Shown in pieces: positions 9,138 through 19,206 of a DNA stretch of 64,000 nucleotides. Numbering within the stretch: the first letter of the stretch is position 1; the number at the start of each line of letters is the position of its first letter. Position numbers and translations under genes: made by a program. The stretch is taken from IMG/VR virus record IMGVR_UViG_3300046461_000177, positions 1,400 through 65,399 of that record; one strand, given 5' to 3'. The notes beneath the pieces are model-generated. The model worked only from the letters and a program-made list of their open reading frames with translations, made no database searches and was not told where the DNA came from. This DNA is from a virus (taxonomy: Duplodnaviria > Caudoviricetes).

Positions 9138-10207
9138 TGCTTGCCACCGTGACGCACTTCGTCACTCCGTTCATGGCTGCGGTCGCACGACTGGACCCGG
9201 CTACCGACGCCTGCCTGCAGGCCCGCAACGACCGACCGTTCCTCTGGGCAGTTGTTGACGACATCATCAACGGCGGCGGCCCGCAGAGCTGCTCACCCGC
9301 GCCGGCAACCGTTGTGGGGCAGGCTGTCTGGGGTAGCTCGTTTCAGCCGTTCATCGATGACATGAGGAACGGTGTCGGCGACACCACCAAGACCATGGCG
9401 ACGTTCTGGGTGTCCATGCCTGATCCCGACGTCGGGAACGCGGACACGGGTGTCGCTTCTGATGCTGTCTCGTTCCTGCAGTCCAGCTTGGCGCCGTTCG
9501 TCGGGGCACTCCTGGTGGCCGCCGTGATCATCGGCTGCGTCCGGGCCATGTACGAGAACCGTGGCGGGGAGTTCAGGGACATCATCGCCCTGCTGGTGCG
9601 GTACTTCCTGATCGCCGGCCTGCTCGTGCCGGTGATTGCCTCAACGCTCGTCATCATCCATGAGTCAGCAGCCTGGATCCTGGATAGATCAACGCTTGGA
9701 ACGAAGTTTGCAGAGAACCTCGCCGCACTGTTTTCCAACGGTCAGGGGGTCACCTCGGCGATTATCCTGTTCATCCTGCTGCTTATCGGCGCCCTGGTCG
9801 CCGTTGGTCAAGCCGGCGTGATGATCTTCCGGGCCGGCATCATCATCCTGCGGACCGGGACCATTCTGCTGTCCGTGGCGGTCAGCAACACTGAGACCGG
9901 CAAGGAATCCCTACGCACGGCCGCCGGATCACTGGTCGCCTGGACGATCTACCCGTTCGTTGCGGCCATCGTCTACGCGACCGGGTTTCGATTGATGGGC
10001 ACCGACACGAGCCTTGCGGGAAATGGCATCCTGCAGTGCATTTGGGGCATCGCCGTCATGCTCATGGCGATCTTCGCGCTGCCCGCAACGCTGCGTCTGG
10101 TCTCGCCGGCTGTTGCACCCGCCGCTGGCGGCAAGGGTGTCGGCTCGGCTGTGGCCGGTGCCGCAACCACGTATGTCGTCATGCAGTCGACCGGCCGCGC
10201 CGCCTGA
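9137..10207 (+). CDS. Polytopic T4SS channel protein (VirB6/TrbL-like)
   Basis: Multiple TM helices, ATFWV motif, operon position. Confidence 0.75.
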   Translation: MLATVTHFVTPFMAAVARLDPATDACLQARNDRPFLWAVVDDIINGGGPQSCSPAPATVVGQAVWGSSFQPFIDDMRNGVGDTTKTMATFWVSMPDPDVGNADTGVASDAVSFLQSSLAPFVGALLVAAVIIGCVRAMYENRGGEFRDIIALLVRYFLIAGLLVPVIASTLVIIHESAAWILDRSTLGTKFAENLAALFSNGQGVTSAIILFILLLIGALVAVGQAGVMIFRAGIIILRTGTILLSVAVSNTETGKESLRTAAGSLVAWTIYPFVAAIVYATGFRLMGTDTSLAGNGILQCIWGIAVMLMAIFALPATLRLVSPAVAPAAGGKGVGSAVAGAATTYVVMQSTGRAA

Positions 10208-10245
10208 TCCTCACCTGATTTCCAACCCGAAAGGCACCTTTCGTC

Positions 10246-11805
10246 ATGACCGCTGTCCTGAATCAGCCCCTACCCGACACCGAACTGCCTTACAACTCGC
10301 CTCGGCGGCCGAAAACGCGAGGGTTCGGGCCGTTGGGGATGCTTGGCTCGGCCGTTGTTGCCGTGGGACTGATCTTCGGTGTCATCTTCTCCGTGTTCAT
10401 CAGTCGCCCAGTTGGGCTGGGGATCTTCGCGCTCACGGGCCTCTTCTTCCTCCTGGCGCTGTGGAAAGACCACCATCACCATGGCCCGTTGGAGGAGGCC
10501 GTCGAGCGGTGGGGCTGGTTCCGGCAGCGACTCTCGGGCGGGCATCTCTACATCCCGGGACACATCACGCAGATCGGTGACTGGCCGGTGCCCGGAGTGG
10601 GTGCGAAGTCGACACTCACTCAGGCCGAAGATGTTTTCGGGCACAGCTATGCGTTGATCACCTACCCGCAGGTCGGCCATCACGTACTGAACATGCAGGC
10701 CAATCCAGACGGCGCCGCCCTGGCGGATGCCATCTTTTCCGACCAGCAGGACAGTAAGTTCTCCGAGTGGCAGGCGTCGCTGGGAAACGAGGCTGACCTG
10801 GAGCAGTTGGCGATCACGATGGAGATCGCTCCCGACGCCTATCCCGCCGTCAAGCGGGAGATCGACAAGAACCTGGACAAGGGCGCGCCGGCACTGTCCC
10901 AGCAAATGCTGCAGGACTGCGTCAAGATGTACGCCGGCCAGGGCGGTGCCACGAGTAAGTCGTACATCACCATGACCTTCTCGACGCCGTCCGATGCCGA
11001 CTCGGCCGAGGTCAAGGCCGACGGTGGCGCGGCGGCGATGCGGGAGTCGCTGGCGACCCGCATCCCCGATCTGCTTCGGCCCATTCCTGCGACGGGCGCG
11101 GGACCGGTGACCTTGATGACCGGCGACGACGTGGTCAGGGTGGTGCGCTGCGCATACAACCCAGGCGACCGCGCTCTCTATCAGGAGTTGCACGCCAACG
11201 GGGAGAGTACCCCGGTCATCCTCTGGTCGTCGGCCGGGCCGGCGGGTTCCGAGGAATCCAAGGACTCCTACGAGCACGGCGACGGTCGCTCGATCACTTG
11301 GGGCACTACAGGGTTCATCGGCGCCCAGGTGGCCAGCCGCGTCATGAAACCGCTGGTCAAGGATCCGCCGATGTCGGTGCACACGCTGCGGATCACCTGG
11401 CTCTACAAGCCGATCAGTCCGGCGAAGTCTGGGTTCATTGCCGAGGCTGATCACCGAGCCGCCAAGCAGCGCAAGCGATCTGGCAGTAAGGATCCGTCCG
11501 AGCGAGTGGTCGCCGACGCCGATGCCGCCGCACGCACCCGCAAGGCGGAGGCACAGGGCAAGGGGTTGCTGAACTTCGCTTGCCTGATCACGGCGACCGT
11601 CCTAGAGCAGGATGACGAAGCCGGTACCGCCAAGGCCGTGAAACGGGCCAAGTCCGGCATCGAGCATCAGACCCCAGCCGCGAAGCTACACACCCGCGTC
11701 ATGCGCCGCGCCCAGGCGTATGCATTTGCCCAGGCTTGCGGCTACCTGGGCCTGTCTTCCAGTGCCCATCTTTTCGTCCCCACATCTGTCCGAAAGGCAG
11801 GCTGA
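10246..11805 (+). CDS. PrgI/VirB3-like (SCO6880-type) conjugation protein
   Basis: N-terminal two TMs plus large soluble domain upstream of VirB4 ATPase. Confidence 0.7.
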   Translation: MTAVLNQPLPDTELPYNSPRRPKTRGFGPLGMLGSAVVAVGLIFGVIFSVFISRPVGLGIFALTGLFFLLALWKDHHHHGPLEEAVERWGWFRQRLSGGHLYIPGHITQIGDWPVPGVGAKSTLTQAEDVFGHSYALITYPQVGHHVLNMQANPDGAALADAIFSDQQDSKFSEWQASLGNEADLEQLAITMEIAPDAYPAVKREIDKNLDKGAPALSQQMLQDCVKMYAGQGGATSKSYITMTFSTPSDADSAEVKADGGAAAMRESLATRIPDLLRPIPATGAGPVTLMTGDDVVRVVRCAYNPGDRALYQELHANGESTPVILWSSAGPAGSEESKDSYEHGDGRSITWGTTGFIGAQVASRVMKPLVKDPPMSVHTLRITWLYKPISPAKSGFIAEADHRAAKQRKRSGSKDPSERVVADADAAARTRKAEAQGKGLLNFACLITATVLEQDDEAGTAKAVKRAKSGIEHQTPAAKLHTRVMRRAQAYAFAQACGYLGLSSSAHLFVPTSVRKAG

Positions 11806-11806
11806 A

Positions 11807-12085
11807 ATGTCGCTCGTCAGCACCCCGTATTACGACCTCCACTGCCAGGGCAAGCTGGCCAACCTGCGCCAGCCCGACTGCCCGGCCATCTCCGAGGGCG
11901 GGTTCGACCAGGAGGCGGTCGTCAAGGCCGCGTTGGAGCGTGGCTGGACCGAGACCGGGAAGGGTCACAAGTGCCCTGGCTGCTCGTATGTCGCGGCCGA
12001 AGCGACTGTTGCACCGATGCGCAAGCCACGGCAGAAGTCCAACCCGATCATCGAGGCCGACCAGTTCGGCGGGCAGGACCAGTGA
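11807..12085 (+). CDS. Small Zn-ribbon phage-type protein
   Basis: C...C...A..RGW...HKCPGC pattern; stop overlaps VirB4 GTG. Confidence 0.6.
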   Translation: MSLVSTPYYDLHCQGKLANLRQPDCPAISEGGFDQEAVVKAALERGWTETGKGHKCPGCSYVAAEATVAPMRKPRQKSNPIIEADQFGGQDQ

Positions 12086-13566
12086 GTCCATGGACCCCCC
12101 GGCGCCACCGCAAGGGCGACCTCGTCCTACCAGGCAACCGGGGCTTCGAGGGGCTCGGGGGTGGCGCGTGGAAGTACATGAAGGATCCGGACTGGTTTCG
12201 CGCGACCGGGACCGACCTGGCCGGCTTTACTCCCTGGGTGCGAGGCGGCGGCACCAGTCGGTACGGCATCCCGCTGGGGCCGATCAAGGACTCGGTCGGC
12301 ATCCTGCAGTGCGATCCTAAAGCATGGTTCGAGCGGGCGAAGCTCATCAGCTCAGCCTCGGCGTACGTCGCCGGGCTCAACGGGCTCGGCAAGTCAACCC
12401 TATGCCGGCACTGGATCATCGGATGGGAGGGGTACGGCACCCCGACCCTTGTTCTGGCCGACCTGAAAGGCGAGTACGTCGCCACCATCACTGCGCTCGG
12501 CGGCCAGGTGTTACATCTGGCACCGGGCCGTGATCGACTCAACGTCCTGGACATCACCGAGGCGCAGGAGGCAGCACGGCGGTTGTCGCCAGGTCTGGCC
12601 AGCAAGCTGCTCGCAAGTGCCAAGGCTCGCCGCCAGGCCGCCGTGGAGTCGATGTTCGCGATCGAGTGGGGACATGCGCCCAGCCAAGCGGAATGCTCCA
12701 TCCTTCGCGCCCTGATCAAGACGATGGACCTCACCATCAAGGGTGAGGGAGTCATCCAGGATCTCCTGCGGATCCTGCGGGCGCGGCCCGAGCGGGTCCG
12801 CGCCGCCGCTTTGGATCGCGGTGACGACGCGGTCTACGAGCGGGTTACCGAGAATCTGGAACGGACTCTGGTCGACTGGGTCAGCGGGGGTGGCCTGGGC
12901 ACGATCCTTGCTGGAAAAACCACCACCCGCATCCGCCGGGGCAGGTCGGCGGTCATCGACGTGTCCGAGATCGATGAGGACGACGTGAAACTGCGGGCCG
13001 CGGTGATGGTCGCGTCTTGGTCGGCCGGGTTCGGCATGATCGGCATCGGTCACGCATTGTCCGATGCCGGGCTGGAGCCGTATCGGCCGATCGCGATCCT
13101 CCAGGACGAGCTGCAGTTGGCCCTGCAGATTCCTGGCGTCGCCTCGCGTTACAACGCGCTCACCCGGCTTGACCGCCAGTGGGGGGTCGTCCGGGTCCTG
13201 TGCAGTCATTCTGTCGCGGATCCGCAGACCATTGCGAACCGCGAGGATCGAAAGATGGCCGAGGGATTCTTCGGCCGCTCCGGCGTCAAGGTGCTGTTCG
13301 GCCTGGAGCCATCCGATCTGGACATCATCGAGCGGACCACCAAGCTCACCGGACCTGAGCGCGAATATCTCACCGGCCTGACCACGCCGCCCGGCTATGA
13401 CACGGACGGCACGAAAGGACACCCTGGGCGCGGGTTCGCGCTGGTCAAGGCCGGCAATCGGCCGGGGATTCCGTTTGAGCTAAAAGTCCCGCAGTGCGTG
13501 CTGGACCTGAAACTGCACGACACCAACCAGCATTGGCGAATGTCGGACCGGCGGGTTTCGGCATGA
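12082..13566 (+). CDS. virB4: VirB4-like conjugation ATPase
   Basis: Walker A GLNGLGKS, DLKGEY, Walker B ILQDEL, LTRLDR. Confidence 0.85.
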   Translation: MSPWTPRRHRKGDLVLPGNRGFEGLGGGAWKYMKDPDWFRATGTDLAGFTPWVRGGGTSRYGIPLGPIKDSVGILQCDPKAWFERAKLISSASAYVAGLNGLGKSTLCRHWIIGWEGYGTPTLVLADLKGEYVATITALGGQVLHLAPGRDRLNVLDITEAQEAARRLSPGLASKLLASAKARRQAAVESMFAIEWGHAPSQAECSILRALIKTMDLTIKGEGVIQDLLRILRARPERVRAAALDRGDDAVYERVTENLERTLVDWVSGGGLGTILAGKTTTRIRRGRSAVIDVSEIDEDDVKLRAAVMVASWSAGFGMIGIGHALSDAGLEPYRPIAILQDELQLALQIPGVASRYNALTRLDRQWGVVRVLCSHSVADPQTIANREDRKMAEGFFGRSGVKVLFGLEPSDLDIIERTTKLTGPEREYLTGLTTPPGYDTDGTKGHPGRGFALVKAGNRPGIPFELKVPQCVLDLKLHDTNQHWRMSDRRVSA

Positions 13567-14681
13567 GGTGGCGCCGCTGGCTGGTGGCCGCGTCGCTGCC
13601 AGTGGCGCTGGTTCTCACCGGATGCGGGCCGACTGATCAGATCACGCTGGCTGCATCCTCTTGTAGTACATCTGGATCGGACGAGTCCATCTCGCCGGAG
13701 ATGAACGCCAACGCAAAGGCGATCATCGATGTCGCAGAGAGTTTGGGTCTCGGGCAGCGCGGCGCCGAGGTCGGGGTCGTGGTGGCCAAGACGGAATCCG
13801 GCCTGATAAATGTCGGGTTCGGCGACATTCAGAACGGTGTCATGACCTCCAGCCGGGGGTTGTTCCAGCAGATCCTCGCCTGGTCGCCGAACTCTCCCAA
13901 TGACCGCCTGGACCCCCAGAAGGCTGCCACGATGTTCTTTACCGGTGGTAAGGGCGGGCAGAAGGGGTTGATCGACGTCCCCGGCTGGCAGCAGATGGAC
14001 ATCCCGACCGCCGCGCAGACGGTCCAGCAGTCTGAGTTTGACGGCGTCCATCATCCCTATGCCCAGAACTACAAGGATCAGCTTGACGTGAGCCTGCGGA
14101 TCGTCGCCTCGATCCTGGGTAGCACGGGTGCGACCTGCACCCAGGGAAACACGGTCGTCGCCAATGGGGTCAATGTCACCATCCCCAGTAACCAGTTCGT
14201 TGCGGAGGCTGTGCGCGGCAAGGTGATCCAAGCGCCGACGGCTGGGCTGGCGAAGGGCCTGGCGGCGGGATTCAGTCAGCTTGGATTGCCATACGTTTGG
14301 GGTGGTTCGCCAGCCGACGGTGGCGGACCGGATAACGGTTGCTCCCGGGGTGGGGGTGCCCTCAATTCCTGCGGCAGTGAGATCGGGTTCGACTGCTCGG
14401 GGCTGACGGCCTACGTCCTTGTCGCGGCCGGATACTCAGGTCCGGGCACCAACTCGGGCGTCCAGCGGGCCACCGGCCAGGATGTGTCGTGGGAGCAGGG
14501 GTTGCCGGGTGACATCGTCGGCTTCGAGGGTCACGTCGCGATCTATCTGGGCACGATCGACGGAGTGCGCTACATACTTGAAGCATCAACAGTCGGAGTG
14601 CCGATCCATATCGTCAAGCTGACCCGGACCGACTTCGATGCCTCACTCCATCGACACTGGGCTCCATCTGCGGTTCAGTAG
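13563..14681 (+). CDS. Conjugative cell-wall hydrolase: lysozyme-like domain plus NlpC/P60
   Basis: Signal/lipobox LTGC; TES...GLFQQ domain; LGLPYVWGG, GFDCSGL, GHVAIY. Confidence 0.85.
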   Translation: MRWRRWLVAASLPVALVLTGCGPTDQITLAASSCSTSGSDESISPEMNANAKAIIDVAESLGLGQRGAEVGVVVAKTESGLINVGFGDIQNGVMTSSRGLFQQILAWSPNSPNDRLDPQKAATMFFTGGKGGQKGLIDVPGWQQMDIPTAAQTVQQSEFDGVHHPYAQNYKDQLDVSLRIVASILGSTGATCTQGNTVVANGVNVTIPSNQFVAEAVRGKVIQAPTAGLAKGLAAGFSQLGLPYVWGGSPADGGGPDNGCSRGGGALNSCGSEIGFDCSGLTAYVLVAAGYSGPGTNSGVQRATGQDVSWEQGLPGDIVGFEGHVAIYLGTIDGVRYILEASTVGVPIHIVKLTRTDFDASLHRHWAPSAVQ

Positions 14682-14843
14682 TCCCCGATCCACAGTGGTC
14701 CGCGTGTCGTCGGGTTCGGGCCGAAGATCCCGGCGGCCTGTAGTTCTGCAACAGCCCGGCTCAGCTCATCTTCCGTCGGCGGATGGGTTGGGCCGGGTTT
14801 TTGCCCTGTCGCCTTGTTGACACTCGATGGTATCTTCTCGGGC

Positions 14844-15188
14844 ATGTGGCTCCTCGGTCCCTTCCTGATCATCTACGCGATGTTCAAGTTCTGGCGACTC
14901 ACGGTAACGCTGTTCCTTGTTTCCGTCACCTGGATCCTCATCGCCCAGCACCCCATTATTGGGTACTCGCTGCTGGGTCTGGAGGTCGTTAGTCTGATCT
15001 TCGCCCTTCATGTCCGCGAGCAGGACGGCAACGCCCGCGAGGCGACCAACCTGCAGCGGCGCGTCGAGGCGGACCTCGACCGGCGCGACCGGCGCCTCGA
15101 AGTCGATCGCGCCGGCCGAGCCCAGATGGAACGCCAAGCCGAGTTGGTCGCGGCGGCATTGATCCGAGAGGCACGGAGGCCCAGATGA
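14844..15188 (+). CDS. Membrane protein with coiled-coil tail
   Basis: Hydrophobic N-half; preceded by TGG-TATCTT 7 nt before ATG (leaderless-type promoter). Confidence 0.55.
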   Translation: MWLLGPFLIIYAMFKFWRLTVTLFLVSVTWILIAQHPIIGYSLLGLEVVSLIFALHVREQDGNAREATNLQRRVEADLDRRDRRLEVDRAGRAQMERQAELVAAALIREARRPR

Positions 15189-15397
15189 TCGGCGAAGAGG
15201 AACTCGCCAATCGGTTCAGCTATCACCCGCCGACCCACGACCAGACGCTGGCCTATCAGGAAATCCGGGATCGATGCTTCGTTCTGGCGAAGTTTCTCGA
15301 CCAAGCCTGCCCGGACAGTCGAGAGAAGTCCCTTGCGTTCACCGCGCTTGACGACGTCGTCATGCAGGCCAATGCCTCCATTGCTCGCCATTCCTGA
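15185..15397 (+). CDS. Acb2/Tad1-like hairpin protein (putative cyclic-nucleotide sponge)
   Basis: NRFSYHPP...CPDSREKSLAFTALDDVVMQANASIAR pattern. Confidence 0.65.
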   Translation: MIGEEELANRFSYHPPTHDQTLAYQEIRDRCFVLAKFLDQACPDSREKSLAFTALDDVVMQANASIARHS

Positions 15398-15411
15398 CCT
15401 ACCATGACTCC

Positions 15412-15801
15412 ATGACAGCGGCCCTGCCAGACGAGTCGGCGCACGGAGTCCCCTTCGGCGGCCCGTCAGCCCTGCAGACGGCTTGGCGAATGATGGCCGG
15501 TGGGGCTCCGGAGATCGTGGGCATCCTGACGGACATCGCTCGGCACTCACCGCAGGACTCGACTCGCGTCCAGGCCAGTCTCGGGCTGTTGAAGATGGCT
15601 GGCTTCGGTAGTCCCGACGTCGTCGCGGTTCCGATCGTGCCGCCGCAATTCAATCCGGCCGCGGGGATCGGCGACGGCAAGGAATCATCCGCCCTGCGGA
15701 TTCAGGCCAGGCTCGACAAGTTGCGCGAGTCGACTTACGCCTCCGCTGCGACCACGGACGACGAAGTGGTGGATGCCGAGATCGTGGAGGATCCGTCATA
15801 G
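15412..15801 (+). CDS. Possible terminase small subunit
   Basis: Helical RVQAS..LL..AG motif and acidic tail DEVVDAEIVED; upstream of TerL. Confidence 0.4.
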   Translation: MTAALPDESAHGVPFGGPSALQTAWRMMAGGAPEIVGILTDIARHSPQDSTRVQASLGLLKMAGFGSPDVVAVPIVPPQFNPAAGIGDGKESSALRIQARLDKLRESTYASAATTDDEVVDAEIVEDPS

Positions 15802-15944
15802 CCGGGGCATTCCTGCGAGCCCGTCGAGTCATGAACGAGCCACCGGTATGGATGCGGGCCGTGCGGTTCGCCCCGCGTCAGAGCAGGGCAAGTCGATGGG
15901 TCGTACGTCGGCGGCATGGTTGGTGACAATACCGCCGCGGTCAA

Positions 15945-16250
15945 CTAGAAGTCGACCCATTCCGGCAGGTCAACGGTCTGCCCAGCGAGCGCATGCCCGC
16001 AGTCGGACAGGAACTGAATGCGCCCATCGGTCACAAACGAATGGCACCGCCCCCGCGCAAGGGCGGCCTTTACCTCGTCCGGGGCGTCGTCGCGGGCGAG
16101 GTACTCGACCAGCAGGGACGGAGAGAATGTCGGCGCGTCGAGCGACCTGTTCCATGTCCAGCCATTGGGGCCGGTCCTGATCTGGTGGTAGTCGTCGCAG
16201 CCGGGGCAGTGGAATCCCACATGGTCGCCGTTGTGACGGACCTTAGCCAT
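15945..16250 (-). CDS. DUF6527-like Cys/His protein
   Basis: FHCPGC...WTWN...PTFSPS...CHSFVTDGRIQFLSDC.H.LAGQTV. Confidence 0.7.
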   Translation of the reverse strand: MAKVRHNGDHVGFHCPGCDDYHQIRTGPNGWTWNRSLDAPTFSPSLLVEYLARDDAPDEVKAALARGRCHSFVTDGRIQFLSDCGHALAGQTVDLPEWVDF

Positions 16251-16647
16251 TGGCCTCGTGCTTTCCGGGTGGGTCATCGGGAAGTGGCACGTCAACGACC
16301 ACCGGCGGCCCGGCCACCCCGAGCAGCGGGTCGACCATCGGCGGCTCCTCCAGTACGTCTGCTGGGATCACCGGCGCTTGGTCCGCAGTGGGCTCGACAT
16401 TGATCGCCGGCGGCGGGACCTCGACGGGCTTCACGGCGTTCGGCACCAGCACGGCGCCGATGAGGGTGCAGATCGCGATGGCCGCGGTCAGGTATCCCTT
16501 GTAGGCCCAGTCGTCGGGCACGACCTGCTCGTTGATGATCGTGAGCACGCCGCCGATCGCGACCACGATGCCCTTGGCGTAGCCGAGGATCTTGTCGGGG
16601 GTCAGGTCTGACGTGGACTTGATGACCACCGTTCCGGGCAGGGTCAT
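16243..16647 (-). CDS. Holin-like two-TM protein
   Basis: YAKGIVVAIGG...LIGAVLVPN resembles actinophage holins; Pro-rich tail. Confidence 0.55.
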   Translation of the reverse strand: MTLPGTVVIKSTSDLTPDKILGYAKGIVVAIGGVLTIINEQVVPDDWAYKGYLTAAIAICTLIGAVLVPNAVKPVEVPPPAINVEPTADQAPVIPADVLEEPPMVDPLLGVAGPPVVVDVPLPDDPPGKHEANG

Positions 16648-16925
16648 GCCGGTGCTCCATTCCTGATGACGACCGGCTCGTCCCGCAGGCCCTGCTGGCG
16701 CCGGCGGTACTCGGCGATAGCGTCGATCGGCTGCTGGGCGACTTCCGCGTAACTCTGGGGCACGTTCATTCGCCGGGTCATCTCGATGAGCACCTGCACG
16801 GCGCCGTCGATTTCATCGGGTGCCGCGCCGGCGGCCAGAAACAGGGCAGCTACGGATCGCGCTTCGCCCGGTCCCGCTCTGCGCTCCGGTACCTCGCCAT
16901 CCGCCCTACCGCCGTCGACCTTCAT
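16644..16925 (-). CDS. Hypothetical protein
   Basis: RBS GGAGG; ATGA coupling to holin-like gene. Confidence 0.55.
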   Translation of the reverse strand: MKVDGGRADGEVPERRAGPGEARSVAALFLAAGAAPDEIDGAVQVLIEMTRRMNVPQSYAEVAQQPIDAIAEYRRRQQGLRDEPVVIRNGAPA

Positions 16926-16987
16926 TCGCTTCCTCCCGGTTGACGTTCCGTGATCCCTTTGCACACCGTAGGTGGCAGACTCGTCGC

Positions 16988-18493
16988 ATGCCAGCCGCAG
17001 CCACCGAGGACATGTCCCTGGAGCACCGGGCGGCGCTGATGAGCCCCGAGGAACTCGCTGAACTCCTGGATGGCGTTGACCTGGAGGATCTCGAATGGGA
17101 CTGGCGCTGGAATGGGCGTCCGAGTCAGATCCTGCCGGTCATGCCGGACGAAGGCGGGGAGGACTGGGCGCTGGCGCTGGCACTTGCCGGCCGCGGGTTC
17201 GGGAAAACCCTGATGGGTGCCCAGTGGATCCGCGAGACCGACGCGGCGTGGAAAACACTCGGCCAGGACACCGCCCATCTCCGTGTTGCCCTGCTCGGCA
17301 GGACCAGCGCCGACGTCCGCGACACCATGCTGGAAGGTCCGTCGGGACTGCTGAACGTCTACCCGCCATCGGTGCGTGACCAGGTTGTCTGGACGCCGTC
17401 ACGCCGCCGGGTCGAGTTGCCGAATGGCGGTGTGTGCCTTGCCTTTTCATCGGAGGAGCCATCCCAGCTCCGTGGTCCCGCCTTTCACAGGGGATGGTGT
17501 GATGAGCTGGCGTCCTACAAGCAGATCCGGTCACCTGACGACGACGCCACGGCCTGGGAAAACCTCCGGATCGCCGTCCGGCTCGGTGAACATCCACAGA
17601 TCCTGGCCACCACCACCCCCAAGAGGGTGCCGGTACTTCGGCAGATCCTGGCCCAGGCTGGCCGTGACCCGCGGAAGTACCTCATGCGCCGCGGCCGGAC
17701 CTACGACAACAAGTATCTCGCCGAGGGATACCTCGATGTCCTGACCTCGCTGTACGGCGGCACCGGGCTGGGTCGCCAGGAGCTGGAAGGCGAGATGCTC
17801 GATGACGTCGCTGGGGCGATGACGTCGGAGGCGGTGATCGAGCGGAACCGGGTGAGCAAGCTGCCGCCGAACATCCCGTGGATCAAGCTGGTGAGCATTG
17901 ACCCCTCCGTGGCCGAGCGTCCGCATGACGAGTGCGGCATCGTGGTGATCTACGTCAGCCGGACCTGGCCAGTACTTGGCCGACATGCCTTTGTCGTGGA
18001 CGACTTGTCGTTGCGGGCGAGCCCCACGGTCTGGGCCGACGTCGCCGTCCGGGCAGCGAACGATCACGACGCCACGATCATCGCGGAGACCAACCAGGGG
18101 GCGAACCTCGTGTTCCAGATGCTCCGCCAGGCGGCCGACCACGCCAATCTCCCGATGCCGCCGATGAAAGAGGTCTGGTCGACCAAGGCGAAGGCGGTCA
18201 GAATGGAGCCCGTGGGCGCGGCGTACGACCTCAACCGGATTCATCACGTCGGTGTATTTGCGGACCTGGAATCACAGGCGACGACCTGGACCGCAAACGA
18301 CGCCTACAGCCCCGACCGCCTGGACGCAGATGTCCAGGGCATCGCCAGTGCCTTGTTCCCGGAGGCACTCACCACGGGGGGTGGTGGCGGACGCGGAGGT
18401 CCGGTCAGCATTCTGTCCGCCGCACGGACGCACCTGCCCATCAGTCGAATGGCGGCGCAGGATCGCCGGGTCAGTAGTAGGGGGCTTTGGTGA
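16988..18493 (+). CDS. terL: Terminase large subunit
   Basis: AGRGFGKT Walker A, LRGP, WCDELA Walker B, TTTP, SIDPS nuclease, SPDRLDA. Confidence 0.95.
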   Translation: MPAAATEDMSLEHRAALMSPEELAELLDGVDLEDLEWDWRWNGRPSQILPVMPDEGGEDWALALALAGRGFGKTLMGAQWIRETDAAWKTLGQDTAHLRVALLGRTSADVRDTMLEGPSGLLNVYPPSVRDQVVWTPSRRRVELPNGGVCLAFSSEEPSQLRGPAFHRGWCDELASYKQIRSPDDDATAWENLRIAVRLGEHPQILATTTPKRVPVLRQILAQAGRDPRKYLMRRGRTYDNKYLAEGYLDVLTSLYGGTGLGRQELEGEMLDDVAGAMTSEAVIERNRVSKLPPNIPWIKLVSIDPSVAERPHDECGIVVIYVSRTWPVLGRHAFVVDDLSLRASPTVWADVAVRAANDHDATIIAETNQGANLVFQMLRQAADHANLPMPPMKEVWSTKAKAVRMEPVGAAYDLNRIHHVGVFADLESQATTWTANDAYSPDRLDADVQGIASALFPEALTTGGGGGRGGPVSILSAARTHLPISRMAAQDRRVSSRGLW

Positions 18494-19206
18494 CCACTCC
18501 CGACCAGCCGGAGTCGCCGCCACCCGACCAGCAGGCATCACCCCCACCACCCGAGTCGCCACCCGAAGAGGACTCGGCCCTGATCCCGGCGATCCTGACG
18601 GCCTACGCCATCTACCTAGCCTGGCGAGCCGCGCACAACCGGGAGCCGAAAGGGTGGCGGCAGGTTGCTTCCGCCATCAACCTGCAGGGCCTGATCGGGG
18701 ACCAACTCGGAATGGTTGCGACCCGTGCGTTCCGTTGGCAGCAGCAACAGGCCGGCCGGGCCGGTGACGACCTCTGGCCGTTCGCCGACGAGGCCGTGCG
18801 CGCTGGGATTCAGGCCGGCGTGCAGACCATTGCCGAGGGACTGCTCTGGACGGACACTCATTCCACCGGCGTACCGGCAACCCAGGATGCCGGTGCATCG
18901 GGCGAGGCGACGGCGCCGACGGCGAGCAACCCGCCAACCCTGCTGGCCCAGATGACCGCGCAGGCCGTCGTGAACTCCACGATCTTCGCGGCAGTCTCGG
19001 CCGCCGGGTGGACCAAGAAGACCTGGCACAGTCAAGAAGATGCGAGAGTTCGCCCGACCCACCAGGCGCTCAATGGCACAGTGGCAGCCATGGATGCCGC
19101 GTTCACCTCACCATCCGGTGCCAAGCTGCGGTTTCCGGGCGACCCGCGTGCGCCGATCTCCGAGGTGGCGCATTGCCGGTGCTTCCTGCAGATGGGTCGC
19201 CGATGA
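18490..19206 (+). CDS. MuF-like minor head protein
   Basis: KTWHSQEDARVRPTH...LRFPGDP...CRC. Confidence 0.85.
   Translation: MTTPDQPESPPPDQQASPPPPESPPEEDSALIPAILTAYAIYLAWRAAHNREPKGWRQVASAINLQGLIGDQLGMVATRAFRWQQQQAGRAGDDLWPFADEAVRAGIQAGVQTIAEGLLWTDTHSTGVPATQDAGASGEATAPTASNPPTLLAQMTAQAVVNSTIFAAVSAAGWTKKTWHSQEDARVRPTHQALNGTVAAMDAAFTSPSGAKLRFPGDPRAPISEVAHCRCFLQMGRR

Noticed and set aside
14675-14845. Small minus-strand ORF MPEKIPSS...
   Set aside because: Its start overlaps the start and promoter of the better-supported plus-strand membrane gene; no motif support.
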